Positions 21,809-33,800 of a stretch of 64,000 bases of DNA are shown in pieces; position 1 is the first letter of the stretch, and each line of letters starts with the position of its first letter. A model generated the notes under the pieces. The model was given only the letters and a program-made list of their open reading frames with translations, did not search any database and was not told the origin of the DNA. The DNA is from a virus (Duplodnaviria > Caudoviricetes), in IMG/VR virus record IMGVR_UViG_3300028805_000060, positions 64,001 to 128,000 of that record; one strand, 5' to 3'. Made by a program: the position numbers and the translations under genes.

Positions 21809-24800
21809 TTATCTCTTATTTTTTGTAAGAGAAACTCTTTCTCTGATAGAACGAACGAATGCGTCCGCATCAAAGCTTTCATCAGCTGCAACATTCATTG
21901 TAAGATTTTCAACATGGAATGATTCATCATTAACTGCTGAATTATTTCGTAAATTATCTAATGCTTTCGCTGAATTTAATCCTCTTAAGATATCAGGAGT
22001 CATTTCTCCTAATCTCCAAAGATTTGTTGTAATATCTGATGGAACAATACCTGTCTTAGAAGGTAAAGCTGTTAGAGTTCCTTGTGGTGTAACAATAGCT
22101 TCTGTACCAAATTCATTTAGAAGAGATAAACCACCAGCTGAAGATAGAGAACCTATAGAATATTCTATTGGCTTTAAATTATAAAATTTACCATTTTTAT
22201 CTTTATAAATATACTCTATCTCTCCATTAGCTGCTTTTAAGAGAGTCTCTTTACCAATTCATTCATTCGGGAAAGAACCTTCTTTAAATATTTGTTTTGC
22301 TTCTCACTTTTTTCATGCTGGTAATTGTGTCCACCCAGATGAAGGAATTTCATCCCCAGGAACTACACCCTCATAGAAAAATCCTTCTCCCAATGAAATA
22401 TCATTGATTAGATAATCTTTATAATCATCTGATAAACTATCCCCAATTATATAAGGTTGTCCATCTATCACGATAGGTTTTAAAGAGCTTCCAAAACGAC
22501 TTAAATCTCATCTTGCTGTAGTACTTGCATTTCAACGACCTGGAGATTTTAATATAGAATTGAAAAGAGTATCTTCTCCAAAATGTTCTTGTATCTTCCC
22601 TCGAGTTTCTTCTGAAAGATTTTTATCATTATAAATATCTCGAATTGTATTTGCTGCTTGAGCTCTATTCGTTTCATTTTGCTTCCAGTCTCTAGTAATA
22701 CTTAAAGCTCTTGAAATATTACTCTCTACAGCTGCATAATTTTCTCCTTCGGTAAATTTTTCTTCTGTATCTTGATCAATAGATTTATTATAATGTTCTT
22801 TAATATTTTCAAGAATTCCTAAAATAGAACTAGAAGAATCCGCTCCTATAACTTTTTTCGTTTCTTCAACGACAGCTTTCAGTCCTTCATAATCGGCGTC
22901 TTCTTTCCATTTAGTGAGAGAATCCTTAATTGATTGAAGTTCTGTAATTTGAACATCTAATTTTGAAATAATTTTTTCATTCTCGATATCTTCTAAAGCT
23001 TTTTGTTTTTCAAGAATATTTCCTTGATCGGCTTCATATACGAAACCCAATCCTTCTCTTCAAACTCTCTTCTTTTCTCTTTGTGCATTTTCAAGATCTA
23101 TTCTAGCTTTAATTAATTTGTTCTCATACTCTCTTTCTTTATTAACTTTTTGAATTTGATCTTTTTGAGCATTTAAATTAGAAATTTGATGATCCAAATC
23201 TTTACTTAAATAGTCTAGAGTTAAATCCATTAATTCATTTCACTTATCAGAAACTAAATCTAAACTATCTAAAATGTCGGTAGTTTCCTTTTTAATTGTA
23301 TCTAATTTTAATTCAGTTCCATCATCATCAAGTACTAATCCATTTCAGCTGTTTATCCAATCTATAAATTGTTTTCAAGTAGAAATTCCCATCAAATTTG
23401 TTCTTTGCATTATTTGATTTTCAAAAGAAGTATCATCTAATCCTGACGCTGTTTGAACTTCTTCAATTAATTTATCTCGATGTTCTCCAAAGAACTTTGG
23501 ATTACCAAGAACGTCTTCAAAAGAAGATTCATTATAGAGTTCAATTGTTTTAGTATATTTATCAATAAATTTACTTGCTAATTGTTGGCTATCTCCTAAA
23601 TATTCTATTAATTCAGGATAGTTCTTCACAATATATTCTTGGAATTTAAATGCATCAGTAAAAATTTTCGAAATTGAACTTATTCCTTCACTTAGTTTAT
23701 TTAGATTTTCTGTCAAAGCAGTAGTACCAGCATTTAATTCTCCTAAAGTAAAATCTTTTCAATATTCGACGATGTCAGAACCTTCTTTTAATGAATCTGT
23801 TGGTGTCTTTAAAGCAGAAGCAAAATCTTGTAAAAGTTCTTCATCCTTCTTTATAATAGCTTTATTCAAAGTGAAACTATTTCCTGTTCAGAAATCTCTT
23901 AAATTGTCGTTTTGTCTAATTGCCTTTGTAAACAATTCATCATTTAAAGAGTCCCTTTCTATCCCTAACGTATTTACCATGTAATCATTAATAACTTCTT
24001 TTAAGCCATTCCTTGAATACATAGAATATAAGTAATCTTGAGAAGCATCTTTTAATCAGATATTATTTTTATCTTGAATTGAATCAATTGCGGTTGAATA
24101 TCCTTCTTCAACAACCTTTGAATAATCATCTTCTCTCTTTTTTATATCAAACTCTAAACCAGAAATTATTTCTTCAAGTAATTCCTTAGTATATTCTTTA
24201 TTTGTGAAAACATGGGCAGTATTATCATCTAGTATCCAGGTGCTAAATAATGTATCAAAATGATTCAAAGCACCGTTTAAATGATCTAATACAGACTCTA
24301 AAGAGTCGCCGCCAACAAATTGCTTCACAAATCTAGCAGCTAATAGATGTCCTTGCCCTTTCCCATTTAAATTTTCTTTATATTCGGACAATTTAGTTCT
24401 TTCATCTAAAGAGAATTTGTCTTGAACCCCATTGAAATTTATTAGAGATTGTGCTGCTGTTAATGCATTATAAATTTTTGATATATTTTGAGAATCTAAT
24501 GAGAGATTATCTATTATTGATTTTAAAGAACCAGTATCTTCTACTTCTAATCCATTCTTATTCAAATATTTTACAAACTGCTCTCGGAAATCTTTCTCTG
24601 TATCCTTATCAGAAGAAACAGATTCTACTATTTCATTGACAGCATCATTCCACTTTTTAAAATCTTCACTTGTCCATTCATTAACACCTTTTACTGAATC
24701 TGCAATACTGTCTAAAGAAGATTTTATTTCATCCATCTTTTCTAAGATTTTCTCATTTCTTTTAATAGCTTGGAGTCTTGCAATCTTTTCTTCTTCAGAT

Positions 24801-27800
24801 GGCAAGTGTGCTGCTAAGAAAGGGAAAAACTCACTCACAAGAGCTTGGACAAGCATTCCTACCAAAGGTCCTCCTAAAGCTGTAGCAATTCCTGTTGCTG
24901 CTCCAGTAACAACACCAGAAAGAATTTTTGTATCAGCTGACATTTCATAAGTCTCACCGTCTTGTTGAATTGTTTTTGGAGCCGATAATCCTGCCATAAC
25001 ACCCGCTCCAACACCTGCGAGAGCTCTTGTGGCTATATTTGCACCCGATAACTTATTCTTTGCTTTAGGTTGTCCTTCTCCTTGAGGAGTCGAAGTATTA
25101 TCAGTTCCTCCTTGTGATGTACTAGATTGATTAGAAATTCCTTTATTACCTGTTTGTTGAACAGTTGTTTGAGTCTTTCCAGTAGAAGCCTTGTTCGAAC
25201 TTACTTCTCTATAAATTCCTTGAACATTTTCATCAAGATTTTGAACATGAACTCCAAAAGAAGTACTTAATTTTTCAGTCTGCTTATCATAGAAATTTCC
25301 TCCAAGGAGTTTTGCCTTTACCCCCTTTGATAATCCAGAGCCTCCTGTGAGTCCAAAGAACGAGCCTGCCATTTTTAATAATCCAGGAATCTTGTAAGTA
25401 TTTAACATAGCAAATAAAGTGCTACCATAACGGATAATTTTAGGAAGAGCTTTAACTAGCCCTGTAGAAACTTGAAGTATGCTTTTGAGAAAAGCAGCAA
25501 TATCTGCATTATTAGCTAATTCTTCTCATGCTGCTTGCAATTTCTTTGTCCAAGCCTCAATTGATTCTTGATACGCTTCATACTTCCTTTGAGCTGTTCC
25601 TGCTGATTCCTCAGACGTTTTTAAAAGCTCATGATATTTATCCATATTATCGAGTAATACTACAAATGAATTTCGTTGTCTTGTCAAAATTGTTGTTAAT
25701 AACCAAACGAAAATTGGCTATTTTTACCCGTTTTTCGGGCAGTAGAACATTTCTGTCTACTCTGCATTTTTGTCAAAAATTTAGATTATATATGCAGATC
25801 GGACTATAACTTCACCCTTTCGGGGAGGAACGTTTAGTCTCTACGGATTCTATTGTGTTATTTTTATTTTAAGAATTGTAATATTTTATTTTGTCAACTA
25901 CCATTATTGATATCTTCTGGGTATAAAGCAAGACATTTTACATTATATTTATGAATTAAATCTAATTTGCATTTTGTTTTCATGTCATAATTTTTATATC
26001 CTGTCAGACCAAAATATTCAATATATTTGTCATTTATTTTCCAGTCGAATCTTTTTTCTCCACATTCTTCTTTAGGAATCACTTCTTTATATAAAGCTTC
26101 TTTTTGGAATTTAAAATTATTATCTATTAAGAAATTAGAAATAATCTCTTCAGTTTTAGATAAACAAACATTGTTTAATTTATCATAAAATAGAGTATCA
26201 CTCATAATTAAATGTTGATAATTTTCTCTTTTTATTCCAATTAATTCAAAAGCTTTTGTCACACTACCAAAATACCTTCTAAAAGTTATTTCAGAAGGAA
26301 GTCCGTGCAATTGAAACTCTGCTATCAAAGGAGTTCTTTCTAATTTACGCACCACTTCTTCTAACTTTTCTAATAATACTTCTTTATCATACCATTTTAA
26401 TCCTTTCTCAGAATTCTTTTTGAGACCCAATCTTTTTGCCTGAGTTACTAATTCTTTTGGGGTTAAATTTGGATAATATTTTTCATGAAGATATTTATTA
26501 GTATATTTAGGATATAATTCTCTAAATTGTTCTTCGTCTTCTGTATGGATAGCATTTAACTTACGATAAGTAGGTAGATTATGTTCTTTTAATATTCTAC
26601 AAATAAAATCACTACTTCTTCCTAATTTTTCTGCCATTCTGGTTGGAGTCATAACTTGGTAATTATTTAAAATAAAATCAAGTTCTTCTTGCTTTAAATG
26701 ACATTTATTATAAATATCTCTTGAGAGATGATACCTTGATGCATAAGTAAGAATACTTGTTTTACTTTTTGTTCCTAAAATTTCATATAATTCTTTCCAA
26801 GGAGTATTCGGATAATATTGCTTTAGAAGTTCTATTTTTTCATCTGTTCATCTAAATCTGGCCATATTATTACCTCCTTTCTTTTTATAAATAACACAAT
26901 AGTCTTTCCTCGGTATTGCCCTTCTCAGGGGTTTCACCGATATGGTTCCTTTCTATTTAATTTATATAGCGTAAAATCATAGATTTCTCTATGTTCAGGC
27001 ACAAGACTTATCTACCTGCAAACGCTGTTGCAATTGCATTCTTAGAAACGTTATCTAATGTTATCCATTTTTCTGATAAATCTTCTAAGATATCATCAAA
27101 ATCTCTGAATTGTAAATTAGTATCTCTGACTGCAATTCCAATCTTTCCTAGAACTTTTTCTACATCGTTTAAATTACCTTCTGTATCAGAAGAATCATAG
27201 TCAGTGCTTAATTCATCAAAGGCCCCTGCTTTAACTGCACCATAACGAGATATAATTGTTTTCAATGCTTGTCCTACAGAGCTACCTGACTGTTGAGAAA
27301 CGTCGGCAATTGTAGCAACCATAGCTGATGCTTGGTCAATATTAATCCCGTTTAATCCTGCTAAGCTTGCAAATTGGCTTAAACCTGTTGCGATTTCTCC
27401 AGCTGAAGTTGCCGCTTTAATATCTATTGCTGTTAATTTATCAACAACTGACATTGCATCAGTAGCTTCTAACTTAAATCCTTTTAAACTGCTTGTTACT
27501 TTATGTTTAGTAGAGTCGTTAATTCTACCGTCTTACGACCTCATAGTTTCCCATGAGAACTGACTATATCATCACCCTTATTATAAGGGGGCACTTACTT
27601 CCATTCTACTTAGAATGTACTCTCTCTCGAGATAGTCGATGGGGCTGGATCCTAAAAGGATCCCTGCCTGCTGATTGCCCAATCTTTACTACTTCACTTC
27701 TGACTGAATCTTGCGATCTCAGTTAGTGAGTAAAGCTCTAAGGGTTTTCCAGCATATCAAGTGCTTTATTTTTCTAAATATTACTATTTAGCAGACCTAT

Positions 27801-30800
27801 TTTTATATTGTTAAGTCTTTTGTAGCAGTATTAACATCTAACATACCTAATTTACTTAAATACATAGATGCTGTGATTAATTTATTTGTTTCGCTAACAG
27901 AATAACCTTGTCTGAGCCACTCGTTCGCGCTTGTTGCAACTTCAGTTGTTGTTGCACCAATCTGCTTTGCAAGTTGTGCATAATCATTGATCATTTGCTT
28001 AGCTTGATCTGCATTAGCTCCTGATACAATACGGAGATTAGTCATAGCTTTATCAAGTTCTTTTGCTGCTTGAACAACTTTTTGAATACTACGACGAACG
28101 GTTTGCATTACTTTTGAAACAAGACCAAATCTCATGAAGTTTGTAAATGTTCTATTTAGTTGCTGTGATAATTGTCCCCAGAAAGTACTTTGACCTTTAT
28201 TTCTGACATTTTCTCCAGCTAAAGCTAATTTAAGAGATTTTTCTGCTTTATCTTTTATTTCGTTTAATTTGTCTGTACTATAGCCCTGTTTCTTATAGCT
28301 TTCTTCTGCAAGTTTGACTCTTTCTTCAGAAGCTTGTAAAGATTCTTTTATCGCCTCTTCTTGCTCTCTTAGAGAAGCCAATTCGACTTCATCCATAGTC
28401 ATAGCTTGACGATTTTTATTACTCTTTAACGAGAGAGCGTATCGATTATACTCTCTATAATCAGCTTTTAATCCACGTAAAGCTGCAGCTTCTTCTCTGT
28501 TAACACCAGCTTTTTCTTCTGGAAATACAGATTCTTTTATATCAGAAACCATTTTTTCAGCTTTTCACTGTTCTTTAGCATAAGCTTCGTCTTCATCAGT
28601 TCAGCCTTTAATGTCTTTGATCTTTTCTTTACTACGATTTAGTTGTGCTCTTCTAGCTGTTAAAGAATCTATTTCCTCTTCATATTCTTTTTTCTTTTTA
28701 TTTTCTTCGTCAGCCGCTTGCAAATCTCTATTGATTTCTTTTTGTTCTTCTGTTTTTGCTTCTTCCTTTAACTTATTAAGCTCGTCAATTCTAGCCTTAA
28801 CACTTTCTAGTTCATTAAAGAAAGCATAAAATTCTTTTAAATCATTCTTAGTAAGTTTTGTATCTTTTGAAACACTCTCTTTTGGTTTCGAAGAATTGGC
28901 CATGTTTGCAATTTTAAATTCAGCTGGAAGATTCTCTAACTTTGGACGAAGTTCCTTCTCAATTAATTCTTGAGCTTTAGGATCATCAATATTTCCTATT
29001 GCTATTAATTGCGCCATCAAGTTCTCAATTCCAAGTTTATTTAAAGAACTCATGTTTGCTTGCCAAGATCTTCCTTGTCCAGAGTCTGCAGTTCCTAATA
29101 TTTCTAAAGTAAGATTACTAAGATCATTGTTTTTCAAAAATTCAAACTCTTCTTTAGTAAGATCTTTTTTAGTAACTGTTCGATATTTTTCTCCATAAGC
29201 AGCAAGCATATCATCATAAGTATAATTCTTATTCTTAAATTCTGCCTGCATTTGCTTAGCAAGAGTTGCATACATTCCTACTTGGGCAATATATTGAGGC
29301 TTTAAAATCTCATCTATAGTTTTCCCTGTTTTAATATCAGACAAATATACTTTTCCGTCTTCTCCTATCGTGAATAAGTCAGAGAAACCATAAGAAGTAC
29401 TAGGATTACCATCTATATTATGAGAAGAAGCGAGAGGAGTTTCTGCTCCTATAAATTTTCTTCCCTTTGTTAATTTTAAAATATTTTGGATATTTTGATC
29501 TGTAACTGAACTAAATGTTTTAGAACCAGTAGCAGACTCAATAATGTCCATTATTTCTAATAACTCTTTAGGTCCACCTAATCTTTCTTTCATTAAAGAG
29601 AGTATATTTTCTGCTTCAGTAAGTTGGTCACCCTTATATTTATTAGATTTAACGCCTGTACGAAGTTCTCTCAAAATATCTTCTCATGAAGCATTATCAC
29701 GATCTACGCTACCTAAAGATAAATTCGCAGCATTAATTCTCTCACGAATATCTTCTATTCCACTTGCAGAACTAGACCAATATTTTTCATCTATTCTTTT
29801 TCGTTCATCTTCTGATAAACTATCATATATTTTCTTAAAATCATCTAAGGATGTTATATCTTTAAAAGCTTCTTCATTGGAACGGATATTAATTAAATTT
29901 TGCCCAATATTAGCCAATTTACCTCTGAATGTAGGGTATAAAATTTTTAAGAATTCATCTCTCTCCCTTTCAGAATCAAAACCTAATAACTTATCAGTTG
30001 ACCCTGTATTTTTATATCCTATAATTCTTTCATAAAATTCATTTTCTAATGATTCTGCTAAAGATGCTCCTTTAAATGGGAATAATATTTTTGTTAAACC
30101 AGTAACAGAGTTTGTCTTTCCAGTACCTCCCTGGTCTACCATATCAGAAACTTTTTGATAATTATCTATTCCTTCTTTGATACCTTTAGTAAGGTTATTG
30201 ATCTTAATAGTAAGGTTATCAATGCTCTCGTTAGCTCCATTAGCTGCTTTTTGTAAATTTTCAAAACTTTGCTTACTTTCATCGTTTATAGTTATATCTG
30301 CAACTGAAGCATTTCCTGTTCCAGGTAAATTTCTTTCATTTGTTTTTTTATTATAGAAATATGGATTAGAAACAATTTTATATAAATCTTGTTCTCCGTA
30401 AGATCCTAAATCTTTATTAAAATCTCGTAAGATATTACCAAATGATTTAAAAGAATATTTTCCGTCACTGGCATCTAGCCACTTTTCATCCCCAGTATAT
30501 TGATATAAAATAGCAGCAAGATTTTTTAATCTTTTTTTATCAAATGCTACATCCCCTGAAGTATCTGCGATGCCTCATTTTTCTAATACTGCTCCTAATC
30601 TACTTCACCCTTCTTTAGTTGTAAAAGTGCTTTCATCTTTTAAGACTTCTTCTATTTCGCTACCAATATTAGTTGTAATTTCTTGTAAAAATTTTTCATC
30701 ATCAAGAGAAGCATCAATACCAAGCGCTTCTCCTAGAGCTGTTTTATCTCCTTTATATCGATTTAATAATTTTTCAAAAACTTTTTTCGAACTAATGGCA

Positions 30801-33800
30801 TCTTGAGAAAGAGAAGTAAAAAATTCTGAAGCATACTGTGCTCCAACAGAAGTTTGGAATCTTTCATTACCTTTTATTGAATTAAGGAAGCCTTGTCTGA
30901 TATTATCAAAAACACCAATTTTATCACGATTTTGTCTTGTAGCGAGTTCTGCTGCTGAAGCAGCTAAACTATTCCCACGAGAAGCAAAATCGTCTAAAGT
31001 AATGATGTCAGAAGAAGTTTTATCTTCTTCATATAATTTTTGATTTTTCTTTTCAAAAGACTTCATTATTTTTGTTCGTTTTCTAAAAAGTTCTAATTGT
31101 TTTAATAAAACTTCTGTATAAGCTTTTGCTTGCTCTTCTGTAATATTACCTGCAGCAAATTCTGATCTGACATTTGCTAATGCATTTGCAATTGTATCTC
31201 CATCAACGTCGGCATTAAGAATATCCATTGTCTGTGAATCGACTTGGATTGCGTCACCTAAATTTCTCTTACTAGAGGCAAAAAGCTCTGTAATAGGAAG
31301 GTTCTGGCCATTCAATAGAGGGAAACGAGTTAAGAACTGAAGAAGTCCTTTTGCGTTTTCTTTGTCGAAACCTTCTTTATCAATATCGACGGCATCTATT
31401 ATCTTTTCGATAACAGACTGTGGAGTATCATCTTCTGAAATTTTTATACCAAGACGATCTGCCTCTCTATACAAACCTTTTTTGTATCCTTCTTCATCTT
31501 CTCCTTCTGCTCGTTTGAGCATTTGTCTTAAACGTTCAGTAGAAACTATTCCTACAGCTCCCCTAGAAAGAATACCAGAATCTCCTCCCGAAATAATTCT
31601 ACTAAAAGCAGAATGAGATAAACGAGCATTATGAAGAGACTTGTATTTTTCAGATTTTTTATTATTAACAGAGTCTCACATATCCTTAAGTGCCGTATAA
31701 GCACTTTCGTTCATTTGTTCCTGAATTCTCTCTTTTTGTTGCCTAGTTGTAGAACCCGCTATTTGAGTTAAACCAGAACGCTTAGAGTGAATAAGACCTT
31801 CCATTGCCTTAATATTTTCTAAAGCAAGGAATCCTTCTGCATTATCTTTTGGAACAAGATATTGTGTTCCATCTTCATCTTCTACTATCTCAAATGCATC
31901 TGAATAGTTTCCAAATTGAATTGCATCACCTTTTATATTTACTCCATTTTCATCAGTATAATTATAAGCATAATCTAGGTAAGCATCTTTACCTTCAGAT
32001 TGAGCTTTATATACCTCTCCGAATATTGAGTTTTGAAAGTCTTCTAGACGGAAACCTCTTCTCCCATTAAAATCTACTTGTTCTAGACCTGCATGCCCTG
32101 CAATTTTTTCATTGCTTCAAGGAATAATAACTCCCTGCTCACTTGCTATTTCGTCGGCAGTCTTTTGACTCCCTCTAATAATGTCATCAACAAGATTTAC
32201 CGATCTTCCTCCTTCTTCTTTCGAAAGATCTAAGTTATTTTCATACACTGTTTTTAGAACATTCTTTGCAACAGAAGCTGTTTCTTTAGAAATTAATCCT
32301 GCTTTGACTGCAGCATCAGCTTCTCTTTCAAAGTCATTTATCATTTTATAGCCCATATTAACAGGACGACCACCTTTTCGAGTCGGATCAAAATATGTAG
32401 CTACATCCTGAATGTTCCATCTTTCAATACCAATAACTCCACCGTTACTCTTAGTTTGTATTGAATCTTCTGTAACTTTGAATTGAGAATCTTCGCCAGT
32501 CGCATAGACAAAAGCCTTTATAAAATCAAAACCAAAATTTTGGCTAAGTAAATTCTTTTCCTCTTCTGACAAAGAATCAAAATTTTTATTTTCTTCAATA
32601 ACTTCTTTATAAATTTTGTTAAAATTTCCAAAAATAAAACTACCATCTTCTGACATGCCTTTAAAATATTTATCAACAAAATCACTAGGTTTTATTTTAA
32701 GTTTATTTAAAATTGGTTTTAGTTTTTTTGTTGCTTTCATAAAAGCTTCGGTGAAGTCAGTTTTGGCTTCATTGTATTTTTGATTTCTTCCTTCTTCACT
32801 TTCAGCATTTCTTATTGCTTGAGATCTTATAGAAGTAAATTCATTAATAATAGAAGGAATATTTTCTCCTAATTTACGAGAACCTGTCTTAAGTTCTGTA
32901 ATCATATGCACATTCAAAGAACCATCTCGATTAAAAATATCTTTAGGATCAAATCCAGCTTTAATTAGAGCTTGCGCTAAAATTGCATTTTTTACAGTAA
33001 TAACTACTCCATGAAGTCCTGATTCTGCAGCTATTTTTTCTCCTGTTTTTAATTGAGCATATTCTTTTACAGAAGCAATTACCTCTCCTTCTTCATTTTT
33101 TTCGAGATCTACATGATATTTGTCACCTTTTCCTTTTAAGTGAAGAACACTTCTTAATGCTGCTTGATCAACATAATCTTTTTGACCCTGAGATAATTTT
33201 TCATCTAATTTAGTAATATATCTATCAATTTTTTCGAGCTCTTGATCATTCATTTTAGATCTTTCTTCTGGATTTAAATATCTTTCAATTAAAGGGTCAT
33301 CTTTCAGATCCTTTTTATTCATTTTAAGAAGAAGCTCTTTTTTCTTTTGCTCTATTTTTTTTAGTTTATCTGTATCTAATTCAACTTTATCGATTTCTCT
33401 TAAAGAAGTGAGGATATTTTTATTTCCTTTTCGCCCTGAGGTATGACTAATTTGTTCAGATACTAAAACTTGTTCATAATCTCTCCCAAAAGAAAAATCA
33501 CTTTCTGGAAAGATCTCATCAAAAAGTTTTCCTTTCTCCTCTTCAGACATTTTACCATTTTTATCTAAAGCCTTTTTCATGTCTTTCATTCTATGAGCTT
33601 TTTGTGCTGCTTGATTCCAAATAGCTGTAGGAATTTTTGATTCACCCTTAATAAAAGACTCTCTCATTATTTTTCTAAGATCTTGTCCGCTCGTATGATC
33701 ATTTGTTTTCGCATGACGAAGACCAACACCTTGTCCAAGACTTTGAAGCTCTACTCCTGTATTTTTTGCATATTCATATGTTTGAGCTGAGACATTCCCA

